A stretch of DNA of 32,000 nt from Candidatus Paracaedimonas acanthamoebae (lineage in GTDB: Bacteria > Pseudomonadota > Alphaproteobacteria > Caedimonadales > Caedimonadaceae): contig CP008939.1 in the NCBI GenBank assembly GCA_000743035.1, positions 1 to 32,000 of the forward strand, read 5' to 3'. Below, one piece after another: positions 16,219-25,681 of the stretch (position 1 is its first letter; each line of letters starts with the position of its first letter). A program made the translations under genes and the position numbers. The notes under the pieces were generated by a model, which searched no databases, was not told the origin of the DNA, and saw only the letters and a program-made list of their open reading frames with translations.

Positions 16219-19200
16219 TTATGGCTTAAACTTCGGCGTAAAATACATAGAACGACTATCATCACGGGTATTTAAGTCTGGCTCCTCATAGGTCGCTGAC
16301 GGATGATTATCATTATCATAAGGCTTTAAGTTCGGCACAGTATACCTTGTATCCTCTGTATTATCGTTATAAGCCTTAACATAAGGGGCTTCAACACTCT
16401 CATTACTAGAGCTTAGCTCACTATCACTGTCTTCATACTCCTTCTGTAAGTCGTTATAAAGGGAAGGAAACTCTTCTCCATATCTTGATGGTGAAGGGAG
16501 CTTATCCACATACTCTGAAGGGACCTCTTGTTTATAAGCTTGCTGCGAGGGGAGTTTGTCCTCATAAGCATATGAAGTCGTTGCAGAGCTGCTGGCAGGA
16601 GCAATATTGGTATTGACGGCTTCCTTTTTAGCGGGTTGTGTTTCCTTTTCTGACAGTGCCTTCATGAAATCTACGAATAGCTCTTTAGGGGAAGACTTTG
16701 GCTTCAATTTGAGAAGCTCTTCTTGAGCTTTGACTGTTGTCCATCTCTTCCTTGGTTTAGATTCAAGCAACCCTTTGAGGACAGGAAGGATCGTTAGACT
16801 TTTAAAATTCTTTTCAACCTTCTCGTAAGCGTCCTCAAAATATTCTTCATAATAATCTGAATCACGCTTGTTCAGCATCTCTATGACATTCTTCTCAAAA
16901 CCAAAGGGATATTCATTATTGGTAATCTCTAACAAAGTGATCCCTGCCGCAAAAGCATCAGCGGCTTTTCCAGAGAAATAGGGAGCCATTTCTGTGGCTT
17001 CAAATTGGTGGCCTTTACGATCCATTGCATAACGGCAATGGGCCATACGATCAGGGGAGAAGTAGGCAAAATCACCAAGCCCACCTTTGAGGTTGTCTTT
17101 TTGTAAAGCACAGCCAAAATCACTGACATAAACTGATCCATCGGTATGCACAAGAACATTGGTTGGTTTGACGTCAAGGTGAGAGATGCCATCATCATGC
17201 ATGTTTTTAAGCCCTGTTAAGAGAGAAAGAGCAAAGTGTGTTAACAGATGATCTTTGAGTTTATTATTGGGCAGAAGCGCAAGCTTATCTTGGAAGGCCT
17301 GTCCATTGCCGAGAGCCGCTAAGGGGGTGACTTGCAATAAGAGTTCTTGCTTTGTCATATCTTGACCACGAATGGTGGTTGATCCAAAAGTTGCATTCAA
17401 AAGTTGTTTTATGTCTCTTCTATTGTCAGAGGTTGGCTTGAAATGTAAGTATTCTAACAAAGGTAAAACACCTTCTTTTTGACCTAAGCTTTCTTGTAGT
17501 TTTCCTTCACGACGAGAAGCTTTTACATTTTCTGTTCCGACAACCACTTTCATCGCATCATATTGTCTTGTCCCTCTTAGCCTTGCAGGGAAGACGCGTC
17601 CAAAATTTCCTGCCCCTAAAGTTACTTTCTTTTCATCTTCCTCATCATCTTCAAAATCAATGTTAAGGCCGGCGAGAACTTTAAGTTCTTTTGCTTCACG
17701 CCTGTCTACGTCAGGAAGAAGCACATATTCATGGCCATGCATTGCCCCTTTGATAATGATCCTTCCAGCCTCAACGCCTTCTCCCTTGGCTGTGAAAGCA
17801 TCAGCAGCCACAGCGGGAGTAGTTGGGGGAAGTTCACCCAACTCTATATCCTCATTGCCGAAAGCTCTTTTCTTGTTGTTATGACGATATTTAAGGCCAA
17901 GAATAACGGCCAAGGTCGTGCCACCTGCAAGTAATACAGTTCCACCAACAGCTCCCCCAACTGCAGCTCCTATGACTGTAGAATCGTTTGAAGATGAAGA
18001 AGGTGAGCCACTATTTCCCCCTGGTGTCGGAGAAGAAGTGGGAGCTGCTGCTGCGATAATTTCTGGTCCTAAAATGGCATAATAATTGACCGGACTCCCA
18101 CTGGAACTTTGAGAGACACGCAAAACAATAGCTGCTGTTGAGTTAGGAAGGTAAAGTTCTGCAAATTTCTCAACTGTACCTTCGGTTAAATTACTACGAA
18201 GTGAGGTAATTGAATTAAGAGTAACTTTATGTGTTGTATTAGGTTCTTGGAGAGTCGGGTTCCATTGATAAGAGTGCGTAAGTTGTTGTATGGTTGTTGA
18301 GTTTAATTGATGATTAATAATTTTTTCGACCATAGGACCATCAATAACATTAGTTGTAACCGTATATAATCCTGCATACTTCTCCACAAAATAATATGTA
18401 AGGCGAGCATAACTTGCTGATGGCAGATAGCTGGAGCATGCAAGCGGGTCGAGTCCAAGTCTTTGGAGACAGTTGATCATATTACTTGGAATCAGGTTAT
18501 TATCTTCAGCAAATTGTTGTATTGATCTGCTATTTTGTCCACTTGGATTATCGACATAGCCTGAATAAAAGGAGCTTAAAAAATTAGCAAACGATCTATT
18601 ATCTCTTTCAGACGCTGTTGAGGGTTTAATTGTATTTAATGGTGTTGCAGAGATTTTGCTGGAATTAACTCTATTAGCAACTGTTTGATTTGTAATAAGG
18701 CGTTGCCATAAAAGAGAAGAAGGACCATTTGAAGGTCTTAAAACAGCATTTCCTATACCGAAAGTATTATCATTATTCATCACTATGAGAAGTAAAAATT
18801 CGCTATTTGGCAATTGATCTAAATAAGAAAAACTTAAAGATCCTTGTTGGGCAGATGTATCAATTATGCTTATATTGGGTTGTATATTTCTTACATCATA
18901 GATGTGATAAGAAGTATCTTGATAAGATGTTCCATTAATTTGAGTTCTATTATGGCCAATGCCTGGGCCGTAAAGATTATAAAACTCTAAGGATAGATCA
19001 CTTAAAGGCAGTGTACCTATTCTAAAACTGTTAATCTCAGAGTAATACCCCGCAGAGTTTAAGTTAGGCATTAAACCTTGCAATGGATCACCTAATGCAA
19101 AACGTCTTATAGGATTTGTTAATGCAAACTGTAAATATCCATCAAAATTATTAAAGTTTAAAATGGAATCAATTCCATCTTCATAACCGCAGCAATTTAA

Positions 19201-20160
19201 AAGAGCAAAGGCACTCTCGCACTCTTTATAAGATCCATTGCATGCATCCTCTAATAATTGAGGACGTTGTGCTGCAACAGGCGTAAGGATATTCGCGCTA
19301 CCCAGAAGAAGCAAAAAAGTAATTCCTGTAGCTGCTCGGGACCAATTTATATTTCTTGGTAAATCAATATTAACCCCTAGCCTTCTGAGTACTTTTATAG
19401 AATCTTCCTGAAGGCGTCCCCCATCCAATTTTCTGTAAAGGCGTTTAACAGCCATATTTAAAAGCGGTAAATTTTCCTGGCGACATTCATAAGAGGACAT
19501 TTCTTTTAAGCATTTAGATAAAAGAAGACCTTGCCGAAATAAATTAGGCTCCTCAAATTGGCTTTCTTCATCAGAAAAGTATTGAGAAGAAGCACAATCT
19601 TTTTTAATTAAAGATGGTAGAGTTCCTTTATTAAGCGTCGAATAGAATTCAATATATGATTCAATAAATTGAGGAAGGTTTTTATCGTTAACTTCAATTT
19701 CCTGTATTTTTTTGAAATTTGATAAAATAAGTTCATGATGCGAGTTGAGGTGCTTCTTGAATTCATCAGCAGTTAAAGGATTTGAGAGTTTTGTATTAAG
19801 ATACAAAAAAAAGTCATTGAGGTTATCATAGCTAAGCTCAGCCACATGATAAAGCACTTTACTTCCTTGTTGTTGCCATCCTGGAGAGTTATGACTTTTC
19901 ATAATGGTATGCCAAGATATATTGCTTGGTTCTTGTATTTTCGTCGATGACAAATGGGTCTTTGATAAGAGAGAGGAGAAGGCCGTTGCTAATTTATTCC
20001 AAACGCTACTGATTAATGAGGGGGGTGAATCTGCTTCTTGCCGAATTGCTGAATTATTTGAGCGTGATTTATATGAATCTTCTTGAATCTCAGTCGCACC
20101 AAGCTGATGAGAAAATATATTTATAATAAATAGTATACTTAATGTTTTGAAACTAAGCAT
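16219..20160 (-). CDS. Receptor-like membrane protein with a eukaryote-type Ser/Thr kinase domain
   Basis: Signal peptide MLSFKTLSILFIINIFSHQLGA. ~700-aa ectodomain. Ser/Pro linker, then a Gly/Ala-rich TM (VIGAAVGGAVGGTVLLAGGTTLAVILGL, about 17893-17975) followed by KYRHNNKKR. Kinase motifs: GAGNFGRV, AMKV (Lys about aa 871), HLDVKPTNVLV (Asp aa 996), DFG (aa 1014), DAFAAGITLLE. Tyr-rich acidic tail. Confidence 0.85.
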   Translation of the reverse strand: MLSFKTLSILFIINIFSHQLGATEIQEDSYKSRSNNSAIRQEADSPPSLISSVWNKLATAFSSLLSKTHLSSTKIQEPSNISWHTIMKSHNSPGWQQQGSKVLYHVAELSYDNLNDFFLYLNTKLSNPLTADEFKKHLNSHHELILSNFKKIQEIEVNDKNLPQFIESYIEFYSTLNKGTLPSLIKKDCASSQYFSDEESQFEEPNLFRQGLLLSKCLKEMSSYECRQENLPLLNMAVKRLYRKLDGGRLQEDSIKVLRRLGVNIDLPRNINWSRAATGITFLLLLGSANILTPVAAQRPQLLEDACNGSYKECESAFALLNCCGYEDGIDSILNFNNFDGYLQFALTNPIRRFALGDPLQGLMPNLNSAGYYSEINSFRIGTLPLSDLSLEFYNLYGPGIGHNRTQINGTSYQDTSYHIYDVRNIQPNISIIDTSAQQGSLSFSYLDQLPNSEFLLLIVMNNDNTFGIGNAVLRPSNGPSSLLWQRLITNQTVANRVNSSKISATPLNTIKPSTASERDNRSFANFLSSFYSGYVDNPSGQNSRSIQQFAEDNNLIPSNMINCLQRLGLDPLACSSYLPSASYARLTYYFVEKYAGLYTVTTNVIDGPMVEKIINHQLNSTTIQQLTHSYQWNPTLQEPNTTHKVTLNSITSLRSNLTEGTVEKFAELYLPNSTAAIVLRVSQSSSGSPVNYYAILGPEIIAAAAPTSSPTPGGNSGSPSSSSNDSTVIGAAVGGAVGGTVLLAGGTTLAVILGLKYRHNNKKRAFGNEDIELGELPPTTPAVAADAFTAKGEGVEAGRIIIKGAMHGHEYVLLPDVDRREAKELKVLAGLNIDFEDDEEDEKKVTLGAGNFGRVFPARLRGTRQYDAMKVVVGTENVKASRREGKLQESLGQKEGVLPLLEYLHFKPTSDNRRDIKQLLNATFGSTTIRGQDMTKQELLLQVTPLAALGNGQAFQDKLALLPNNKLKDHLLTHFALSLLTGLKNMHDDGISHLDVKPTNVLVHTDGSVYVSDFGCALQKDNLKGGLGDFAYFSPDRMAHCRYAMDRKGHQFEATEMAPYFSGKAADAFAAGITLLEITNNEYPFGFEKNVIEMLNKRDSDYYEEYFEDAYEKVEKNFKSLTILPVLKGLLESKPRKRWTTVKAQEELLKLKPKSSPKELFVDFMKALSEKETQPAKKEAVNTNIAPASSSATTSYAYEDKLPSQQAYKQEVPSEYVDKLPSPSRYGEEFPSLYNDLQKEYEDSDSELSSSNESVEAPYVKAYNDNTEDTRYTVPNLKPYDNDNHPSATYEEPDLNTRDDSRSMYFTPKFKP

Positions 20161-20363
20161 GGTAAAATCTCCCCTATAGCACTCTGCACAAAGGCAACAG
20201 TATCATATACGATTATTGACGCCAATACTTATTTGTAATATGGGATAAATATAAAATTTTATATAAAGTTATTATTAATCAATGACTTAATTACCAATGA
20301 AAAATTCTTAATTATAATATAAGCTTTAATTCTTTGGTATAACTTTATTTATTTCTAAGTATT

Positions 20364-21062
20364 TCAAAAGGTGTGTTTAATATAAACCGTAGCTTTATTA
20401 ACATGTGATAGAGATTTTATAGCCACACTTCCAATATTATTCTTATCCATTATATTATATGATAGTTTTTTATATCTAGCTTGAGAGAATTCCCCCCCTA
20501 CTGATATGTTTTTGTTAACAGGGGTTTCAACTCCAAATCCAAAACTACCACCATTTAAATACTTAGATGTGCTTCCTTTCCCCAATAAAGGCAATATTTC
20601 TGTTTCAGATTTCCACTTTGATCTTAAAATTCCAAGCTTTATATAAGGGAGCCATTCTTTAAAGAGGTATCCTAAACGTAAAGAGGCACCATAGCTATGA
20701 GTTGTTTTAAAAGTAGATCCTACTGGTTCTCCATAATTTATTGCTGTCCAAGCTTTTCCTTTTGCACGATCAAAAGAGCCTTCTAGCTCTATTCCACTAT
20801 AAAGCTTATTATCAAAAAGATGCGCATATAAAATGCCAGCACCAATAGCGCCACCCTTGATAGAAATATTCGAGGAGTCTTTTATGCTGTTTAAAGCTGC
20901 TATTCTAGAAATGATAGCACGATTTGTTTTAGCTTCCCCACTCATATACCCTCCTCGCACTAAAACAGAAAAGCTATTTGAAGAACTTTTAATCCCCCCA
21001 GCTTTAGCATAAAATGGAAAAGTCAATACTATAAGACTTAGCAATTTAGATGTTTTAATCAT
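20364..21062 (-). CDS. Outer-membrane beta-barrel protein (OmpA-beta-barrel / Omp25-like class)
   Basis: Start placed at the ATG with an aaggaa RBS (the track start at 21077 is a TTG). Signal peptide MIKTSKLLSLIVLTFPFYAKA. Alternating amphipathic strands, Gly/aromatic-rich, C-terminal ...YIKHTF. Confidence 0.65.
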   Translation of the reverse strand: MIKTSKLLSLIVLTFPFYAKAGGIKSSSNSFSVLVRGGYMSGEAKTNRAIISRIAALNSIKDSSNISIKGGAIGAGILYAHLFDNKLYSGIELEGSFDRAKGKAWTAINYGEPVGSTFKTTHSYGASLRLGYLFKEWLPYIKLGILRSKWKSETEILPLLGKGSTSKYLNGGSFGFGVETPVNKNISVGGEFSQARYKKLSYNIMDKNNIGSVAIKSLSHVNKATVYIKHTF

Positions 21063-21087
21063 GTTCAGTTCCTTCAAAATTTACTTC

Positions 21088-22374
21088 TTATGAGTTAATA
21101 TTATTAATGTAAGTTGCTATATCGTTTAAATTATTTAATCCAGTTGGAGGTATATGTGGAAAGGCCCCCTGGGTACGAAATGCTCCTGCTATATTATTAG
21201 TAATTATATTTATCAGATTTTGGACCCCTTGCTGCATAGTTTGTAAATCATTTTGAGCTTGATTACGTTCTGCTATGATTTGCTCGGCCGTGAGAAGAAT
21301 ATTAGAGCCTACTGCAGGATTAACAACTGTCCTTAATTGCGTCATCGCCTCAGGCAAGGAAGCTGCTCCATTATTGATCTCTGTCTTTGCTTGAGTGATA
21401 ACATCTTGCGCCTGTTGTAAATCATTTTGAGCTTGATTACGTTCTGCTATGATTTGCTCGGTAGTGAGAAGAATATTAGAGCCTACTGCAGGATTAACAA
21501 CTGTCCTTAATTGTGTTATTGCTGCAGGCAAGGAAGCTGCTCCATTATTGATCTCTGTCTTTGCTTGAGTGATAACATCTTGCGCCTGTTGTAAATCATT
21601 TTGAGCTTGTTGTAGATCATTCTGAGCTTGATCACGGTCTGCTACAATTTGTTGAGTGGCCAGAAGAATATTAGAGCCTACTGCAGGATTAACAACTGTC
21701 CTTAATTGCGTCATCGCCTCAGGCAAGGAAGCTGCTCCATTATTAATCTCTGTCTTAGCTTGGGTAATAACATCTTGCGCCTGTTGTAAGTGTTGTCTGG
21801 CTTGGTTGCGATCTGCTACCATTAGCTGGGCACCATCCCTTAAATTAATACCAGGAATAATATTCTGGACTACTTGAATAGCTGGAATTAAATCAGGAGC
21901 GTTATTGCCATAAACTTCTATTCTTGCCTGATTAATAATATTTAGTAATGTTTGTAATCTTTGTTGTAAAGCCTGAGCACGCGTATGTAAATCGCCGTTT
22001 CCACCAAGATCTGCTTCAACAGTAGCCAATCCTAACGCAATGGTAAGAGAATTCGAATTAATAGTATTTTTAATACTTGTGCCTTTTGTCGTGAGAGTTG
22101 CTCCAGTGATATTTCCCATAACAACCAAAAGGCCATTTACATCCTGTCGCAGCTTCACATCTTCCCCATTGAGATCAATATCTTCTATTAATTTTAGAAG
22201 TTCATCTATAGGACAATTATATTTAATGGCAAGATTAGCTAATCTTGTTTTCCCAGATGAAGAAAATGCAAGTAACTTTTCCCGTTGCTCTTCATTTAGA
22301 GAAGCTTTTAAAGGATAGGATAAAGACATTATCCCTACTAATGATATGAGTAGTTTTATAGATAATTTAAACAT
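21088..22374 (-). CDS. Secreted coiled-coil protein with 58/65-aa tandem repeats
   Basis: Start placed at MFKLSIKLLISLVGIMSLSYPLKA. Three repeats of QAQDVITQAKTEINNGAASLP.A(M/I)TQLRTVVNPAVGSNILL...Q.I.A.R.QAQNDLQ. Confidence 0.7.
   Translation of the reverse strand: MFKLSIKLLISLVGIMSLSYPLKASLNEEQREKLLAFSSSGKTRLANLAIKYNCPIDELLKLIEDIDLNGEDVKLRQDVNGLLVVMGNITGATLTTKGTSIKNTINSNSLTIALGLATVEADLGGNGDLHTRAQALQQRLQTLLNIINQARIEVYGNNAPDLIPAIQVVQNIIPGINLRDGAQLMVADRNQARQHLQQAQDVITQAKTEINNGAASLPEAMTQLRTVVNPAVGSNILLATQQIVADRDQAQNDLQQAQNDLQQAQDVITQAKTEINNGAASLPAAITQLRTVVNPAVGSNILLTTEQIIAERNQAQNDLQQAQDVITQAKTEINNGAASLPEAMTQLRTVVNPAVGSNILLTAEQIIAERNQAQNDLQTMQQGVQNLINIITNNIAGAFRTQGAFPHIPPTGLNNLNDIATYINNINS
21241..21830 (-). 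repeat. In-frame tandem repeat, 174-bp period (one unit 195 bp)
   Basis: attagagcctactgcaggattaacaactgtccttaattg recurs at 21301, 21475 and 21670. The extra 21 bp duplicates QNDLQQA. Confidence 0.85.
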
Positions 22375-22720
22375 ATGATGCCCCCATGCCCCGAATGTTA
22401 AAAGCAAAAGTTAGCAGCATTCATTATAGAACGCATTAAATTTTTTTCGATTGTCTCTGTCAGCAATAAGTTGCTTATTCTTTTTAGCTAAAGTGAAATA
22501 TTTCTTTTTTTACAACTCATAGCTAACATCAAGAAAAAATGTGCATTATAAAATTCATTTTTATGCTTTGTAACAAATACAATCAAACAGGGTGAAATTT
22601 ATAGATTCTAATAAATAGGCAGTAATTTATGCCCTATTCAAGAACCATCATAAAACTAAATTTTCCCTGATCTTTTCATTAATATACTCGCCTGATAGCA
22701 TTTAAGACATCCTACCTCCC

Positions 22721-22940
22721 TTAATGCTCGGTATACTTTGAGATCATCTCTTCATTACCATGATTTCCAATAGTACTTGCAAAATAACCATCTGACCATA
22801 GCTCTCCACTCTATAATTGTTTCTTCGCTTGTGGACAAAACCGAAAATCTCTTAGAAGCTGCTTAACTTTATATGATCATAACTATTTTTCTTACATCGC
22901 AACTAGGAACAACCTGAACAAGAAAATGAACATAATCATT
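22721..22940 (-). pseudogene. Degraded IS200/IS605-family tnpA (Y1 transposase) remnant
   Basis: Minus-strand fragments DYVHFLVQVVPS... and ...GELWSDGYFASTIGNHGNEEMISKY match IS200 TnpA motifs, but stops and frameshifts interrupt them. Confidence 0.5.
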
Positions 22941-23045
22941 TTATAATACATCAGCTATATTGTTTGGCGGCACTCCCCTGCTCTTCCCTATTCTACTAAA
23001 TTCTAATTCATGATAAGGTTTGTTAATTTAATGAAAGGATATAAG

Positions 23046-23211
23046 ATGAATAAATCTGAGCTTATTAGTGAAATTGCAAAAGTAGTTGCCTCAAAACAAG
23101 AAGCTGAGCAAGCTTTCAATGCTATCTTTGAGTCCATTAAACAGGCGCTTGCAAAAGGTGAGGAAGTCCGTTTAACAGGTTTTGGAAGCTTCAAAGTAAA
23201 CGGAAGGGTTG
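23046..23211 (+). pseudogene. hup: HU/IHF-family DNA-binding protein gene truncated after ~55 codons
   Basis: MNKSELISEIAKVVASKQEAEQAFNAIFESIKQALAKGEEVRLTGFGSFKVNGR is a typical HU N-terminus with an aaagga RBS. The beta-arm and C-terminus are missing, and the frame runs into IS110 copy B at 23212. Confidence 0.7.
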
Positions 23212-23228
23212 TGATACTGTGTTAAGGA

Positions 23229-24206
23229 TCAAGGATTAATTTTAAGAATTTCAGGGTTAAAAACTGTTTTATATTTCAGCACCCCGAAGCATATATGGAG
23301 AAGCTTTCTCATAATAGCGCCTATAATCACCATAGTATGTTTACCTTTTTTCTCTAATTTTTGGACAAAGGGTTGAAGAAGCGGATTATGATTTTTAGCT
23401 GCGATAGCTGGAAAATAAAGAGCTTTCCTTAAAGAAGAAGAACCTATTTTAGAAAGACAAGATCTTCCTTTAACAGAAGTCCCTGATGTTCTATGAGATG
23501 GCGTAAGACCAGCATATGCAGCTAATTGCCTGGCACTTTCTAAAGAAGAAAGTTCAGGGATTTCTGCAAGAATAGCTATGGCTGTTATTTTGCCAATGCC
23601 TGGAATGCTTTGAAGGTTCCTACAATCCTGGTTTAAGCTCTCTTTTGAAGAGACCACTTGGTCTATAGCAACATTAACGACGTTAATTTGCTTCTCTATA
23701 TGCTTGATGAGGTTTTGATAAACTTTCTCAACACTTTTTGGAAGGCAGTCTTTGGTTTCTAAGAAGTTTCCAACTTGAGTATGTTGTTCCTTCAAGTTTT
23801 GCAAGCATCGATAAAGAGATCTTAATTCTTTTAACATGGGCTCTTTAGGCTTATAGGCTCTTAACTCATTCTTGCTCGCATACTCTGCAATCAGGTGAGC
23901 ATCAACCTCATCTGTTTTATGGCGACTAAGCTTGCTTCTGGCAAAGGCTTTAATACAAGCAGGATTAACAATATGAACTTGATGTCCTTGTTCATAGAGA
24001 TAATCTGCAAGCTTCTCTCCATAGCTTCCTGTGGCTTCCATACAGGCCTTAACTTGTTCAATACCTTGTGCTTGCAGCCACTTTGTTAGACCTATGAAGC
24101 CTTTAATGTTATTAGAGACCTTGTATTTTTTATAAGACGTATGGAGGAGAAGAGCGATAGAAAGGTCTTTCTTAGAAACATCTATCCCTAATATAGCCTC
24201 ATTCAT
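23229..24206 (-). CDS. IS110-family DEDD transposase/recombinase (protein identical to 8798-9775)
   Basis: The 325-aa translation is identical to copy A in the ORF track. Confidence 0.9.
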   Translation of the reverse strand: MNEAILGIDVSKKDLSIALLLHTSYKKYKVSNNIKGFIGLTKWLQAQGIEQVKACMEATGSYGEKLADYLYEQGHQVHIVNPACIKAFARSKLSRHKTDEVDAHLIAEYASKNELRAYKPKEPMLKELRSLYRCLQNLKEQHTQVGNFLETKDCLPKSVEKVYQNLIKHIEKQINVVNVAIDQVVSSKESLNQDCRNLQSIPGIGKITAIAILAEIPELSSLESARQLAAYAGLTPSHRTSGTSVKGRSCLSKIGSSSLRKALYFPAIAAKNHNPLLQPFVQKLEKKGKHTMVIIGAIMRKLLHICFGVLKYKTVFNPEILKINP

Positions 24207-24431
24207 CTTTTTTTTCCTTCCCTCTACTGATATGATTATTTGAGTCTTTAGCTTGTCATGTGAATTCAGAATAAGGTAGAACCTTTTCTTAAGATACTGT
24301 TCAGCTCTAGACCAATTGGAAGAGGGCTCTTATCAGAACCTCAGATTTGGTGTCTTGTTGCAAATACAGAGTCACCTCTTCCAGCCTACAAGGCTTAGCT
24401 ACTCTCTCATAGGCTCCTCAGCAACATACAT
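24207..24431 (-). ncRNA. Candidate bridge-RNA-type non-coding RNA in the IS110 5' end (copy B)
   Basis: Same sequence as 9776-10000. Confidence 0.3.
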
Positions 24432-24432
24432 G

Positions 24433-24510
24433 TTGCAACTTTGAACAAAAGGATGATTTTATCTAAGGAAATATAGATCCTTTTAAATTTTGGATATAGT
24501 TGGAGCCTAG
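24433..24510. mobile_element. Degenerate right-end remnant of a type-2 IS6-like element abutting IS110 copy B
   Basis: ttgcaactttgaacaaaaggatgattttatctaaggaaatatagatccttttaaattttggatatagttggag parallels the reverse complement of 7760-7838. Confidence 0.5.
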
Positions 24511-24602
24511 TTATTTGAAATTAAATTTTCAAATCTATAGGTTATGCTTCCTTAAGATGCATTCCATGACAGCAACTAATTATGCCTACCATTGTACAGA
24601 CC

Positions 24603-25226
24603 TTAAAATAAATTACCTCTTGGGATAATTGCTCGCCATGCTCGCACCTGCCCTTCATACTCTCCTTGTCCGACAAGCACAACCCCACTGGGTGTTATCG
24701 CAGTAACCTCATCTAATATCCATCTAGGCGGCAAAAGTGTTTCCTGATTCATGCCCCATAGCATTATTTTCAACCGATTTAGAAAAGCATTCTTGTATTG
24801 AGTCAGGATATTTCCAGAGCTATATTCATCTATATAAGTGCAATCGATCCTAGGCCTAACTAGCAAATTCTCAATAAGTTCTATCACTCTTTCAGCAGTC
24901 CACCTGAAAGCTCTCTTATGATTTGTTTCATATCCTCCTGGAATAAACTTATTAATATTAAAGTTATCGACAAACCCAACAATAACTGAACCATCATAGT
25001 TTACTGCTTGAGCACAACTACAATTCTTGCCTTTCACGACTCCTAAAGATTCCATCCCCTTTTCAGCAGTCCATTTAAAGGCTCTTGATTGATATTGCTC
25101 ACTCCCATCATAGGCAGCCCCAACAATGACTAAGCCATTATGGCTAATACCAAAAGCATGGCTATCAGCTGATGGATCTTTATTGCTCTTTCCATTTAAA
25201 GTTCCTAAGGAATGAGCCCCTTGAAT
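24603..25226 (-). pseudogene. HAF-repeat protein fragment lacking its N-terminus (no F-box, no start)
   Basis: The frame is open upstream of the track ORF back to a TAG near 25227. It reads ...GAHSLGTLNGKSNKDPSADSHAFGISHNGLVIVGAAYDGSEQYQSRAFKWTAEKGMESLGVVKG...KRAFRWTAE..., i.e. HAF-type repeats. Confidence 0.6.
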
Positions 25227-25364
25227 TTTCTATTAAGAAGCTAGAAGATTGCCAAGTTGGACTCGGTACCTTAATTGTGTTGGAGCTAATTAAAGAAGGA
25301 AATTCTTTAATCAATTGAGCTATATTAATAACAGTCAGTTTTTGTTTGGGATCTTTGGTTTCAG

Positions 25365-25552
25365 CAATGTTGATTGTATGGTTTGTGGTTCAAAGGCCAA
25401 TTCCTGCTGTAACGTCTGGTATCGTAAAGACTTAGATGACCATCTGGATATTCATGGAGCATGATCTTCTTGCGACGTAAGGATCTATTAACAAGAGTAT
25501 CTTCTATCAAATAGAGGATTCGGTCATGATGAATGGTAAGGCTGTTTGATGC
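25365..25552 (-). pseudogene. Degenerate transposase C-terminal fragment (family uncertain)
   Basis: The minus frame reads ...LTIHHDRILYLIEDTLVNRSLRRKKIMLHEYPDGHLSLYD... This resembles the C-terminal beta-barrel of Mu/IS481-like integrase-type transposases. Weak call. Confidence 0.25.
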
Positions 25553-25681
25553 TGTTCTTTTTTGCTTAAAGCAGAGAATTTCATCAGGAAAGAATGATGA
25601 ATGGTCTGTATCTAGAGTTAGTTGCTACTTCACATTTAATCCTTACCAGTAAACTGGAAATGAAAATAAGGTTTTGCTTCT

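Larger units (their letters stand above)
23212..24438 (-). mobile_element. IS110-family insertion sequence, copy B
   Basis: Same 1227-bp block as 8781-10007. The flanks differ immediately outside it. Confidence 0.85.

Noticed and set aside
16413-20086. Small ORFs on either strand within the kinase gene (16413-16604, 16929-17198, 17660-17884, 17731-17934, 19904-20086)
   Set aside because: All overlap the 1313-aa frame, which carries the full set of kinase motifs.
17976-20160. Apparent enrichment of N-x-S/T sequons (about 15) in the kinase ectodomain as evidence of eukaryotic origin
   Set aside because: The genome is AT-rich and Asn/Ser/Thr-rich, so I estimate roughly half that number by chance. 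The excess is too weak to support a claim without statistics.
21241-21830. Regularly spaced direct repeats that could suggest a CRISPR array
   Set aside because: The repeats are contiguous 174/195-bp units with no unique spacers. They are in frame within a CDS, and no cas genes are present.
21656-22318. Plus-strand ORFs 21656-21877 and 22040-22318
   Set aside because: Antisense to the coiled-coil repeat protein.
23003-23225. ORF 23003-23194 (-) and the extended start of ORF 23010-23225 (+)
   Set aside because: The minus ORF is antisense to the HU fragment. The plus ORF's true start is the ATG at 23046 with an RBS, and its last codons are read-through into IS110.
24513-24534. Short AT-only hairpin atttgaaa-ttaaat-tttcaaat downstream of the HAF fragment
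   Set aside because: An 8-bp all-A/T stem in AT-rich DNA is expected by chance and too weak to call a terminator.
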